In this document: piece by piece, positions 26,167 through 39,483 of the stretch
Position numbering within the stretch: the stretch's first letter is position 1
Layout of the letters: every line of letters begins with the position of its first letter
Source: Octopus sinensis
Taxonomy: Eukaryota
DNA: 64,000 nucleotides
Direction: 5' to 3'
Assembly: GCF_006345805.1 (NCBI RefSeq)
Contig: NC_043016.1
Span: 9,362,001-9,426,000 of the forward strand
Translations under genes and position numbers: made by a program
Notes under the pieces: generated by a model
The model's input: only the letters and a program-made list of their open reading frames with translations
What the model was told of the DNA's origin: nothing
The model's database searches: none

Positions 26167-26290
26167 CATCATATATAACCACAATAGGAGTTGACTTTAA
26201 AATCCGAACAGTAGAATGCAATGGAGAGAAAGTCAAACTCCAGATTTGGGACACTGCTGGCCAAGAACGATTCCGAACTATTACATCAAC
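26167..26290 (+). CDS. RAB35: Rab35 coding exon ([42 protein letters not shown])
   Basis: TTTCAG acceptor, GTAAGC donor, 124 nt. Contains switch I IGVDF and G3 WDTAGQE. Confidence 0.97.
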
Positions 26291-26589
26291 GTAAGCATAT
26301 TTTCTTTCATCCATAGACTACTTATTAGATTGGTGATATAAGAGTATGTATCACTCATGTGTTTCCAAAATATTGAAAATATAACAAAAAATTGAAGTTG
26401 CTCCAACCAAGAATTGAAACAGCAAACTATACATTTCAAAATACTAACCCTTGTTTTATAGTATTTGATACATATTTCAAAGGTGTACTTGTCAGGCATG
26501 TGATTTGATCTGAGACCATGAATTGAAGTTGATAATATGTGTCTTCTACTTCGCACTTGTTTCAATTTCACTTACACATTTGTTATCAA

Positions 26590-27347
26590 AATCAAATTCG
26601 ATGACTGGTGTCCGTGCTAGCAGGGTGCAAAGAGCGCCATACGAGTGTGCTCATTGACAGAGCGGCTAACCGGCTTCAGTGCCTGTGGCACTTCAAAGAC
26701 ACCATTCGAGCGTGATCGTTACCAGCGTCGCTTACTGGCACTCGAGCCCCATTCTAGTAGGGTATTAAGAGCACCATCCGAGCGTGATCATTGCCAGAGC
26801 AGCTATCTCTCTTTAGTTGCCAGGTCTTCTCAGTCTCCTGTCATTGCCTCAGTGAGGCCCAACATACAAAGGTCATGCTTCACACATCCCATCTCTTCCT
26901 GGGTCTATATTCGCAGGATGGCCTGCTGTGCTAACCTTGGATCGTAGAGTGACCCGCTGTTCTTGAGGAGACCTGTTGAGTCAAGTACATCAACATCAAA
27001 ATAAAAATTCAAATGGAAATTGTAGTTAAGACACCTGTGCCAGTGACATGTAAAAAGCACCGTCCGAACGTGGCAGATGCCAGCGCCGCCTGACTGGTGT
27101 TTGTGTCGGTGGCACCTAAAAGCACCAACCAATCGTGGCTGTTTGCCAGCCTCATCTGGCCCCTGTGCTGGTGGCATGTAAAAAACACCCACTACACGCA
27201 CGGAGGTTGGCGTTAGGAAGGGCATCAAGCTGTAGAAACGCTGCTAAATCAGACTAGAGCCTGGTGCAGCCTCCATGGCTTACCAGACCGCGGTCGAACT
27301 GTCCAACCCATGCTAGCATGGAAAACGGATGTTAAATGATGATGATG
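26590..27347 (+). mobile_element. Longest copy of family C, probably the 3' end of an RTE-type LINE with a tandemly repetitive UTR and (GAT)n tail
   Basis: Ends ggttggcgttaggaagggcatc...ggatgttaaatgatgatgat with repeated gtgccggtggcacgtaaaaagcacc units and no tRNA head. Other copies: 2243-2720(-), 16228-16410(-), 23590-23965(+), 29908-30390(-), 36068-36500(-), 44112-44470(-), 47580-48340(+), 49150-49475(-), 52825-53220(+). Confidence 0.7.
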
Positions 27348-27489
27348 ACATATCTGGTATACACAATTAAGGCAGTATTTTATAAAAATAGCCACATGTA
27401 CAACATACTTAATGCATACACACTGTCAGTAGGCCAACCACTACAGTATTTATTTTGATGTAACATCCCTTATGGATTAGCAGTATTAA

Positions 27490-28575
27490 CCCTTTCGTTA
27501 CTATATTTCTGACCAAAATACACCCCTTATGTGTTTCAATTAATTTCTAACGTAATCATAAATTTAGTCTGGTTTCATTAAATAACTATAGCTTTTTTAT
27601 TTATCAATATATTAACATGAATTTTGGAAGATAATTTAATGAAATGTTTTCAACCAATTCTATACTATAATTTTTGTCACAAAGTGACTCTAATTGCAGG
27701 TAGATACAGGTAAATTCAACAAAATATGAAATTATTAAAATTTTGTTCAAACATCGCTATAGAAAATGGGTTATTAGCTAATATTCAATTGGGTATACAA
27801 CAAAATTTTACGATAGAATTTGTTATTCTGGGTAACTTTCTGATACCCATAATAATATTTATGGCAAAATAGTCTTAATTTCATTTAAGGTTGTGGGAAA
27901 CGACAAACTATCCTTTCTTTCGTTTTGTTTACGTTTAGCGTAACGGTTCGTTTCTGCTGTAATGATTTCAAATAGGCTCATTTGAAAAAGTAAATAGAAG
28001 TAGTCTAAGGCTTTACTCTTCTGGGAAAGTCTGTGGCTTGGTCCAGTTTCTTCAGAAAAATCACCGAAAGAAACAGTTTTTAAATTTTCACTCCATTCAG
28101 GTGCCAATTCATTTTCTTTATCGCTGTCGGAGCTCTCGGATTCACTGTTTTCACTTTCGGAAAATGAAACATCAGATTCATTATCAAATACCACATGCTT
28201 TTTTTTTTCAGTCATAGAGTTAGATTTATCAAGGTCTTCAGTAGAAAATCTTTCGAATTCTGACTCGCTGCTTGATATAATGAAATTCGTATCCATTTTT
28301 TGTCAGAATTACAAATTTTGAAAACACAATAGGAACAAATTTCGGGAAAAAATCTCCCAAAATTCACGGAATTAAAATTACACTTCGATTTTTGTACAAA
28401 ACTGTAGTTGAACTGTTTACGAAGTATAATACGTGTTTTTACGAATGTACTAAAGAGATTTGCTCTGATATTCTCATTTAAATATGAACAGGTAAATTCG
28501 GACGGCTTTGGGCGGTTTGGTCACATTAACCAAAATTTTTGGGGGGCGGTTTTGGGCGGTTTGGTATCGAAAGGG
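27490..28575 (-). mobile_element. Internally deleted piggyBac element retaining the transposase N-terminus
   Basis: TTAA on both sides (27486-89, 28576-79), CCCTTTCG terminal inverted repeats. ORF 27859-28296 has an acidic N-terminus followed by W...F...G...DYFYLLF...IITAETNRYA...PTTLNEIK. Confidence 0.88.
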
Positions 28576-29599
28576 TTAACACCACAATAAATGTCAGAGA
28601 GAGTACATGTCATTAAAAAACCCCAAATGGCCAAAATGTATCTGTTGCTCTTACTTGCTTTTGAATTTCCATCTCTCTCTCTCTCTCTCTCATATTTGTG
28701 TTTTTAACACAGCTAGTCCCTAAGAGATGTTATCTCAGAATAAATCCTATAGTACCTGGTCTGTCAATAGTGTATATGCATAAAGTATTCTATATATATA
28801 TATATAATTTAGTGTCATGTAGCTCTTAGCTTTTTTACATAGCTGTTTGATCTTTACAATACTTTCTGTTGTAGCTAGTTTTCTAAAATTACAAATTTCG
28901 TTTTGATCCATTAAACTATGGAAGTTGAAGCCTAAATGAATTGCCATACCAATTCTAGTGAAGAAAAGTCAATAACCAGAAACTTGGATCTGTGTGTATC
29001 ATGTCAGGCTGGAGATGGAAAGGATGGCTTCCCTTTGCAAATACTGATAGGGCACAGAAAGCATGTCAATAGCCAGCTGGAAGACAAGCTACAGTAGCAT
29101 CCACCCTTAAGGGTTAGCCACATTTATGTGGCAAATATACTTCATGATGTTGTGCAGTTACTGTTTATACCTCACTCAGAGATTTATTATTAGTTTATAA
29201 AAGGTTATGGCTTAAACCTAACCATTCCTCCTCAGACCAAGGAATTTATTTTTAATGATCTCTTCTTTAATGAGTTAAAATAACGAGTTTATAAATTAAT
29301 CAATACAAATATTAAAATAAAGAATATAAGATATACTTATACTTCATTGGGTTGTCAAATAAATTCATGTTATTTTTTCTACATGGTAATCATTATATGT
29401 CTGAAAAGAGATAGAATTACTTCAAATTTCAAAAAAAAAAAAATAATAAGTTATAGAATACATCTAAAAAAAAATCACCTATGATAAAAAATATTACATT
29501 TATGTATTTGTTTTGCAAGATTCTTGATGTGAAATTGTGTGTTGAAACAAATGTTATACTTAGAGATGGTCATATTTTTGCCAAATAACCACTCGCCAC

Positions 29600-29870
29600 T
29601 TTGGTTTTATTATTATCCTTATTTTAGTGTCCTGTGTCTGGAAAACGTTTGTCATATATCCTGTGACCTCTTCAGCAACTCTCCATTTCATGTGTCTCTT
29701 CCTGTTCTATTTAGTCCGTTCTCACTGTTTAGTTCATTCTTTAGTCTTAGAATGGACTAAATAGAACAGAAGGAGGCATGTGGGGATGGTGGGTCACTGA
29801 AAGAGGTCACAGTATGTGTGAGAAAAGATTTCCAGGCAAAAGACAATGAAATGAAAATAATGATAATCAA
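29600..29870. mobile_element. Degenerate fold-back remnant, probably Penelope-like
   Basis: Inverted arms 29701-29722 and 29749-29770; decayed CUGAAGA GGUCA...UGA..AAA motifs on opposite strands. Confidence 0.4.
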
Positions 29871-30487
29871 GCAGATGTGAAGACCAAGTGTATAGCACAT
29901 GTGATTATCATCATCATCATCATCATCGTTTAACGTCCGTTTTCCACGCTAGCATGGGTTGGACAGTTTGACTGGGGTCTGGGAAGCCAGAAGGCTGCAC
30001 CAGGCTCCAGTCTGATTTGGCAGTGTTTCTACAGCTGGATGCCCTTCCTAACACCAACCACTCCGTGAGTGTAGTGGGTGCTTTTTACATGCCACCGGCA
30101 CAGAAGCCAGTCAAGGCGGCGCTGGCATTGGCCATGTTCGGATGGTGCTTTTTACGTGCCACCGGCACAGGGATCACAACTACAATTTCCATTGATTTTT
30201 GATGTTGATGTACTTGACTCAATAGGTCTCCTCAAGCACAGGGTCGAAACGGTGTTTCTTTACTTGCCACCTGCACAGGAGTCAGTCCAGCAGCACTGGC
30301 AACTGCCGGGTGCCAGTCATAGGATTGGTTTTCAATTTCGATTCCGATTTCACTTGCCCCATTGGCAAAAAATAGATCATCCCCAAATATAATGATAAGA
30401 GAGGATTAAAATAAATGGAAAAGAAAGAAATGAAAGAATTCATCTGAAAGTGCAATACATATACTCATTTTACTTTGTCTTTCACAG

Positions 30488-30612
30488 GTACTACAGAGGA
30501 ACTCATGGTGTTATAATAGTTTATGATGTTACTAGTGGAGAATCTTTTGCTAATGTGAAGCGCTGGTTACATGAAATTGACCAAAACTGTGATCTAGTCA
30601 GTCGAATTTTAG
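30488..30612 (+). CDS. RAB35: Rab35 coding exon ([41 protein letters not shown])
   Basis: CACAG acceptor, GTAAGT donor, 125 nt. STYYRGTHG and WLHEI.QNC distinguish Rab35 from Rab1 (SSYYRGAHG). Confidence 0.97.
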
Positions 30613-33600
30613 GTAAGTTTAATAATATTTGATATTTCTAACCAATCATCTACACCAGTGGTTCTCAACAGGAATCCATATGACCCTTAGGGGGTCTATA
30701 TTTATTGCTAAAATTTACTTGCAATAAATCGGTCATCATTCTACAATACACAAAATATTTTCATTCTTGTTTCAGTCATTTGACTGCAGCCATGCTGGGG
30801 CACTACCTTGAAGGGTTTTATTCGAAGAAATTGACCCTAGGACTAATTTCTTTTTTAAGCCTAGTACTTATTCTATCAGTTTTTCTTTTGCTGAACCGTT
30901 AAGTTACATGGATGTAAACATGCCAACACCAGTTGTCAGGCAGTGATGGGGGGACAAACACAGACACAAAGACGCACACGTACACATACACATATATATG
31001 ATGATGGTGAACATATAGGACTTGTTTCTTCCCTACATGCAAGTGCATATTGAACAATATCAAAATCATGTCACTATAATTTTCTGTCTTGTAGTAACTC
31101 ATCTGTGAAGCCCTCTTATCAGATCTAATCTATTTTTCTCAAGTTTGTATTTCTGATGTTGCATTTGATTCCCCCCTCCCTCTCTGTCCTCCACCTCCTC
31201 CTCCATTTATACTGGATCCAGTTTAGTAAACCTTAAGAAACAACACGTAGAGTGTAAAAAGTTTTTTTTAAATATTGAAAACTGCTAAAAATGCTTTGAA
31301 ACAAAGAAAGGCGCAAGTGTGCCTGTGTGACGTGAAGTTTTCTTCCCAATCACATGGTACCAGATTCACTCCCACTGTGTGGCACCATGGTTGGGTATTT
31401 ATAACCATTGGGTTGACTAAAGTCTTGTCAATGGATATGGTAGATAGAAACTGAAAGAAGCTCATATATGTGTGTTTGAGTGTGTGTGTGTGTATACATT
31501 TCTCTTTATCCCTCACTACTCTTCAACAAGCAGTGTCAGTTGGTTTACATACCTGTAACTTAGTGGTTTGGCAAAAGAGATTGAGAGAATAAGTATAAGA
31601 CTTTAAAAAGTAAACACTGGGGTTGATTTATCCAACTAAAAACCTTCAAGGCCATACTCCAACATGGTTGCAGCCCAGTGACTGAAGTAAGTGAATGATG
31701 AAAGATAAAGGGACATAATAGTCATTCATTAGTCATTACTGAAATACTTTCTGACATTTTTTCTATTCTGGATACCTACCATGGATGTGGTTTAGAAAAG
31801 CATCCAAATTCTGCGATGATGTTTATTCAGGTGACAGACTTAATCCATTTTCACATAACAAGCTGGGCGTATCAGTAGGAGAGCATCTGTTGCTGTCTAG
31901 CTTTTGATCAGTATAGATCCCTGCTTGAATTCACTGTGCTTTCCCTTGAATTTCCTCTGGGAAATTTTGGATGATGAATTTGTTTTAAAGCATCTACATT
32001 ATTAATTCAGTCCCTTTTCCCATTTGTCACTTCATCTTCTCAGTTAATATTTACCTAAGCACACTTGATTTCTTAATTCTGATCTATCTACTGACTCAGG
32101 TATTGTCATTAATCCTTTTGTTAACAATTTACCTGTGACCACCACTGCCTCTATGATAGTAAACCTCAAAGCCCTCAAGCATAGCCTTATGTAAGAATGT
32201 TTTGTTAAGTTATACACCTGAGGAAGTTTGCTACATAACTGAAATCCCTTCTAACTTACTGATTATTTTCAAAATTAATTGAAATGTATTGGCAGCATAT
32301 TTCATAGGAAATATGACCACAAACGTTTTTATACTTCCCAGAGTTTATTCCAACAAACTTTGCTGTAATCAAAACCAAAAGAGATATTTTTGTAAACTGC
32401 ATACTGTTGAACATTTCACAGTATTTACTATCATATTTAGATAGAAATGGCATTATCTAATTATCTCATAACTTAAAGATTTTGATTAGGTGATTGTCTA
32501 TTTTTACAATGACAAGTAGGTGTAAGAGGCTTGATCTGGCCAGTTCAAATATAAAAAACCAGGTAGAATATTTGAGCCAGGTATGGCCAACTTAAATGCT
32601 TAGGAGTTAAGGGGGAAATGTGGTGTGAATTATAGTTGATTGAGATAACAGATAATCTTTATAAATTAAATGGAACCCCTTGGATTATTGGTTATTGAAT
32701 CTGGGGATAAACTGAGGAAAGACGCTGGAAGATATTGTCCAAAATACATTAGCTATTTCTGGGGAATGGAAAAAATAGCGGTCATTGTTGAAAGATAGAT
32801 ATTCTGAACTGGACTCGATTTGGGGGGATAAACAATGACTGCAACACCAAAGAGAGACACACTAGATAATGTAGTCCAAAATAGACTATGCCTTATTTCA
32901 AAAGAAGTTTAGGTACTGATGGAAAATTAAACCTTTAAGGTATACAAGATTTGGGTAGTTCTGAGGATAAACAACAATCATCATTACATTTTACTACTTA
33001 CTTACTTGTACTTGTGGCAACATTCATCCTGGGTAGATTGAGTCGGCTTCTACTTATGGAAGAAGTTTTGTGGGAATATGTGGATTTCACAAGCGGTCCC
33101 CAACAATCCCGCATGTGGAGACATCCTGTTTGCCGCAGATTGTCTGCAGACGCAGGGACAGAACGACCGAGGATCCGCCGGTTGCCGAAACAGACACTCC
33201 GAGGATTTTTACCAGTTTATTCCAACAAACTTTGCTGTAATCAAAACCAAAAGAGATATTTTTGTAAACTGCATACTGTTGAAATCCGCCTTGGGTGGCC
33301 CCGCCAGGAACCGAAGTTCCCGACAGCATAGCTCTGACACTACTTGTTACCAGCGTCACCACCACGGTGAGGAGGGGATAGATTTTAGGAAATTTAAAAG
33401 GAAATTTTTGTGATAAACCGTAAATGGGTTAAATTTTGATATTATTTTCTGATTCTGTCTTTTCCATGTTGTATTGAGCAACTTTCTCTTTCCTCATGAG
33501 TTATTAATTTTATTTCTTATAAGTTCTTTACTCTGTATCACTGTATCAATCTGAGTAGCAGATGTTATACATCACTGGTTACAATGTGCTTCCTTGCTTG

Positions 33601-34425
33601 TTGTAGTTTTCGAATGATGTCACCCTACTGGCTAGGCAGGAAGGCCAGCATTTTCCTTGAATGAAAAGCCAGTCCGTTGCGGGTTTACCCATTTACAGCT
33701 CAGTGGACTGGAGCAATATAAAATGTGGTTTGCTCAAAAAAAAAAAAAAGAGTAAAATGTCAGTCTGGAGATTGAAACCACCATCACAAGATTATGAGTG
33801 CAACACCCTAGCCATTAGGCTATGTGCTATCCATCATATAGGGTTGTTGTTTTTTCACTACTTCACTTAAAAACTAGAATGCACACAGATTGCTTTCTAA
33901 CTGCAATGACCTTATTGTCCAAGATCTGAATTAACAAATTTACTTTCTCTTAAATGTGGAAAATAACTTACCATTTTCACTACAAAATTAATTTTATGGT
34001 TAATTCTAGTAATAATGTTAAATATCTACCAAAAAAATAGAATTGGCATTTTCTCCCAGTCACATTGCCTCAACACACTTGACATACCTCAACAGCAAAT
34101 GGTTCCAAACATGACATTCATCTACAAAAGATAAATTTCGTATATAAACCTGCTTTCTGCATTTAAGTATAATGAAATATTTGAGTAGATATATCTGCCT
34201 TCTGTAGTAAAAAAAAAAAAAAATGTTAGCTTTAAATTCATTTTTCTAACTATTTCTTTAAAATTCACATTAAACTGTATTTCTGTTTCATACTAATATT
34301 TTTTAATCTGTATTAGCGGATTATTCTGTAAATTCAATCAATTAATTACTCATAATTTATAGGTTAGACACCATTACAATAATTTTGACAACAATTTTCT
34401 TTACATCGTTACATGCAAGAATTAA

Positions 34426-34647
34426 CCCTTTCGTTAACTAACACAGCCAAAACCAGCTCTGGCTCTGTAGTACAAATGTCTTGTTTTCTTAAGTTTTGAA
34501 TTAAAATCTTCCACCAAACCTTAGTCACAATTTATGTTCCTAACACAAGCTTAATGGTAATTAAATTATTTTACCAAATTCTTTGTTATATTTAAAATAA
34601 TTGAAAGAAACACAGAGCATCTCAAAATGAATACAGTAACGAAAGGG
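34426..34647. mobile_element. piggyBac-type MITE
   Basis: TTAA duplications and CCCTTTCGTTA terminal inverted repeats, the same terminus as the left end of 27490-28575. Confidence 0.85.
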
Positions 34648-34829
34648 TTAAACAAACTGAAGCAACTAGAGTTATGTACCTTGCTTTGCTGGTAGCAACA
34701 TTCAAAACTTGTGACCCATTTTACCATTCCGCCATATTACTTCCTATTGTTCTGTTTCATTTAGCATTTTTTTTCTTTTAGTTTTGTAGATAGTTTATCC
34801 ATTAATCTTATTTCTTTTTTTAATTTTCT

Positions 34830-35212
34830 TTTACTTGTCTCAATCATTAGACTGTGGCCATGCTGGAGCACTTTCTTGAAGAATTTTTAGTCAAATAAAT
34901 TGACCCCAATACTTACTGTTTTTTCTAAGCCTGATACTTATTCTATCAGTTTCTTTTGCTGAACTGCTAAGTTATGGGAGACATAAATACACCAACACCA
35001 GTTGTCAAGCTGTGGTGGGGGACAAATATACAAACATTTGCACATATACATGACAGGTTCCTTTCAGTTTCCAACTACCAAATCCATTCACAAGGCCTTG
35101 ATCAGCTCAAGTCGATGATAGAAGACACTTGCTCAAGGTACCAGGCAGTGAAACTGAACCAGGAACCATGCGGTTAGAAAGCAAGCTTCTACCACACAGC
35201 CACTCTTGCACC
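34830..35212 (-). mobile_element. Diverged SINE B
   Basis: Reverse-complement consensus match. Confidence 0.8.
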
Positions 35213-35606
35213 TGTGTAAATCTAAGACAACTTTTTTTTGCCAGGTTTTTGGGGGTTTTTTTGTTTTGTTTTTACTTGTTTCCTGCATCCAATTTTTATT
35301 GAGGATTGGATGTCTTTTGAGGGGTTTGATTACTTCCTTTCGTTGACTTGTTTCAGATTCAATGTAGTTCAAAGCTTACAAATCCAATAGTGGAGGGTGT
35401 AAGAATGAAGGCACTGCCCCCTATAGGAATACTGTGGGGCCAGGGGAATTTACACCCACATCCTCCTTTAAAATGCAAACAACTCTGTGAACACGCAACA
35501 CCAAGTTTTTAGACTAGTATAAATTTGAAACCAGTGTTTGGAACTTTTCAACTTGAAATGTGGTAAAGAATTTGTTAAAGAATTTTTTATATATATATAT
35601 TTCTAG

Positions 35607-35731
35607 TTGGTAATAAGTGTGACGATGAAGAAAAACGAGTGGTTCTTACAGAAGATGCTCAGAGGTTTGCCAACCAGATGGGAATACTGCTATTTGAAGC
35701 CAGTGCTAAAGAAGACATAAATGTGGAAGAG
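35607..35731 (+). CDS. RAB35: Rab35 coding exon (VGNKCDDEEKRVVLTEDAQRFANQMGILLFEASAKEDINVEE)
   Basis: TTCTAG acceptor, GTAAAT donor, 125 nt. Contains G4 NKCD and G5 EASAK. Confidence 0.96.
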
Positions 35732-35792
35732 GTAAATAAATATTTTCCCATTATTTTCCTTGTTTAGACATCGATAATGTTTTCATACCATT

Positions 35793-36029
35793 AAGGTGGC
35801 GAGCTGGCAGAAACGTTAGCACGCCGGGCGAAATGCTTAGTGGTATTGCGTCTGTCGTTGCGTTCTGAGTTCAAATTCCCCCAAGGTCGACTTTGCCTTT
35901 CATCCTTTCGGGGTCGATAAATTAAGTACCAGTTTCGCACTGGGGTCGATGTAATTGTCTTAATCCGTTTGTCTGTCCTTGTTTGTCTGTCCCCTCTATG
36001 TTTAGCCCCTTGTGGGCAATAAAGAAACA
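35793..36029 (+). mobile_element. Full-length SINE A
   Basis: 20-bp TSD gataatgttttcataccatt. Confidence 0.93.
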
Positions 36030-37822
36030 GATAATGTTTTCATACCATTCTCTAAATTTGACCAGAAGTCATCATCATCATTTAACATCTGCTTTCCATG
36101 CTAGCATGGGTTGGACGGTTCAACTTGGGTATGGGAAGCCAGAAGGCTTCATCAGGCCCAGTCAGATCTGGCAGTGTTTCTACGGTTGGATGCCCTTCCT
36201 AACGCCAACCACTCCATGAGTGTAGTGAGTGCTTTTTACATGCCACCGGCACAGAGGCCAGGCGAGGCTGGCAACGGCCACGATTGGATGGTGCTTTTTA
36301 TGTGCCACCGGCACGGAGGCCAGGCCAGGCTGGCAACGGCCACGATCGGATGGTGCTTTTTATGTGCCACCGGCACGGAGGCCAATTGGGGCAGTGCTGG
36401 CAACGGCCATGTTTGGATGGTTCTCTTACGTGCCACCGACACTGGTATCACAGCTACAATTTCCATTGATGTTGATCGATTTCGATTTTGATTTTCACTT
36501 GTTGTGTATATATTTAAAAAAAATTTTCTTTTTAATTCTTAATGGCTTCTTGGAGAAGAAGAATAGCATCCATGACTGCTTTTCCAGGTGTCTGAGGCTG
36601 ATGGAAATAAAAGCACAGTTTTAAGAAATCAAAACTTATGAATTGTTCTCAGACAGGAAACCCCACCTGTATTCTTTAACCCTTTAGAATTTAGATTAGT
36701 CGACCAAATATAATGCTTATTTACTCACATCATTTTGAATTAACCATACATTTTTTCACAGAATTGAGATTGTAAAAATAATAATGAAATTATTGTATAC
36801 AGTGCTCAAATGCACCACAAGTTGTCAGAAAGATTTTTTTTAAATGGCATTGTAGGGTAGGTGTAAAAGGCTTGATCTGGCTGGTTTGAACAAAGAACAA
36901 GTAAAATATTTGGGTTGGATATGATTAGTTTATGGTTTGGACTCTGCTCGGCTGACTCCAAGGGCCAAGTGGTAATATCAAACTGGGTTTCAGCATAGTT
37001 TCATTTACTTATTCAGTTACAATGTCAGTATTTCAGTCAGCTCAAAAGTACGGCACAAGATACTTGCTAAAGGTGCTACGCAATGGGTTCAAACCCAGAA
37101 TGAAAAGATTACAAATAAAGGAATTTCTATGTCATTGATGTGACTTAATTTGTTTAACCCATTTCCAACTTATTTCAAATCAGTAGACTGCTTATGCATT
37201 TCATTTAATTTTTAATGTAATCAACGTTTTGGAACAATTTACTAAAGTGTCTGTCTGTCTGTCTGTTCATTTGATGTCCATTTTTCCTTGCTAGCATGGG
37301 TTAGGGGAGGAATTATTTGAAACAACATTTTATAGTTGAATGCTTTTCTTGTCTCCAACTCTTTTTCAATTAAATCTTTAACATTCAGATTATTTTGTCA
37401 AATGTAATAATGTGATAAGCATTACATTTGACAAAGTAATCTGAATGTTAAAGGATTAATTGAAAAAGAGTTGGAGATAGAAAGATTATTCAGCTATAAA
37501 ATTCTGTTTCAAATACTGGTTTAAAATAAGTAGCAAATGGGTTAATAACATCATTCATGCTTACTTATACATTAAGATGGTAAACTGGCAGAAGCATTTA
37601 GCACACCAGACAAAATGCTTTGTGACGTTTCTTCCGGCTTTACTTTCTGAGTTCAAATGCCACTGAGATCAAATTTGCCTTTCATCCTTTCAGGGTCGAT
37701 AAAATAAGTACCAGTTGAGCATTGAGGTCAATTTAATCAACACAGCCCCTCCCCTGAAATTATTGGCCTTGTACATAAATATGAAGCCATCATCATCATC
37801 ATCATCATTATTATTATTATTT

Positions 37823-38043
37823 GTTTCTTTATTACTCACAAGGGGCTAAACATAGAGGGGACAAACAAGGACAGACAAACGGATTAAGTTGATTACATCG
37901 ACCCCAGTGCGTAACTGGTACTTAATTTATCGACCCCTAAAGGATGAAAGGCAAAGTTGACCTCGGCGGAATTTGAACTCAGAACGTAACGGCAGACGAA
38001 ATATGGCTACACATTTCGCCCGGCATGCTAACGGTTCTGCCGC
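37823..38043 (-). mobile_element. SINE A
   Basis: Reverse-complement consensus match. Confidence 0.88.
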
Positions 38044-38044
38044 A

Positions 38045-38510
38045 TGCCATCAATGTGACCCTGGGGTAAAAGCCCAGTATACCCATCATGACTACCCGTC
38101 TGATAAGGGTACACTAGGCACATGCATCACAACCACATGTGCACGACATGGTGATCTCATATCAAGATAAAGAGCACATGACCTTGCAGGTGGGGCCCAG
38201 TTAGAATTTTCTTCAGGTTCAGTAGCTCATCCCACTCAAACAGTCCTTGAATAAGGGTTGTTTAAGGATGTTAAACAAAACACCCATGTTTCCAGAGGTG
38301 AATTATCCAAACCCCTAAGAATTCCTCTCAATACATGGCTATGATACTCCCCCACTACTTCTGCTCATGATCAGAGATGCACATATCGTCAAACACTAAG
38401 GGACATGCTCAACTGATTTCGGTCAAACAAATGACAAGCAAATCTGTGGTATTGAGCAGAATATTTGCTGTAGCCCATTTTTTATACCAAGACAAAACAC
38501 TGAACATGAT
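38045..38510. repeat. Unclassified interspersed repeat (family F); shorter copy at 9440-9607
   Basis: About 165 bp are shared between the two loci (aagaattcctctcaa...gcagaatatttgctg). Confidence 0.8.
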
Positions 38511-38552
38511 AACATTTCCAATCAGTTACGGTCAAAAGCCACTGCCTGGTAC

Positions 38553-38566
38553 TACAACAACAACAA

Positions 38567-38628
<62 letters not shown>

Positions 38629-38670
38629 CAACCACCAACAACAACAACATCATCACCAACAACAACAACT
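38553..38670. repeat. (CAT)n/(CAA)n trinucleotide repeat
   Basis: Visible directly. Confidence 0.98.
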
Positions 38671-38724
38671 TCTGAATGAGTTACCTCGGTCCTCTATAGT
38701 CTTAAAAAATGAAGTAGACTGACT

Positions 38725-38767
38725 TTGAACTTGAGGAAGGCACGCTAGATGCCGAAATATTGTTCAA
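38725..38767 (+). ncRNA. Degenerate minimal hammerhead motif
   Basis: Reads UUGAAC UUGAGGA A GGCA-cgcuaga-UGCC GAA AUAU U GUUCAA: 6-bp stem I, 4-bp stem II, but C3 changed to U. Flanked by a 22-bp direct repeat (38679-38700, 38822-38843). Confidence 0.5.
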
Positions 38768-39483
38768 CCAATTTCACATGATATGGCACTTTTCTATTTA
38801 TTTGTGTATAACTTCTGGATAAGTTACCTCGGTCCTATATAGTATTATTATTATTATTTATTATTTTTAGTTGAAATCCCTGGTGAGATTGTCTTTGCTT
38901 TGCATCCCATCAGGATCAATAAAATATGTACCAGCTGAGCATTGAGATTGACGTATTAGACAAATTCCCCCCCCCACACACACACACATACACAATTTTC
39001 TGCTAAAGTCATAACACCTATAGCAGGAAGGATTTTTACTATAGCATTACTCTTGTGATTACTGTTGTATCATTGTTTTTATATGTACATATCATATATA
39101 ATCATTATCTTCTCTCTTTTACGTTCTATTCTAAATTTTATATATATATATATATAAAATTCAAATAAAATTTTGGAAAAAAAAAATGAAAAAAAGATTT
39201 ATAAAAAATAAGATTGAACAAATAAAACAAAATTAAATTAAACAGTATAATAAATAAGCAAAACTTTTGCAACAATGACATTAAAAAGAAAAGAAAAAAT
39301 AATTATAAAAATCATTTCTCGTCTGATCATTTAACACAATTCAATCTTCTTTATTATATTATATTGTGTGAAATTTGATTTAGTATTTCTAAATTGAATT
39401 TTTTCCTGTAAGTTAGGATTATTACTCCCTCAAATAATTATTATATATATATTTATATATTTTTTTTTTTTTTTAATCTGCAG

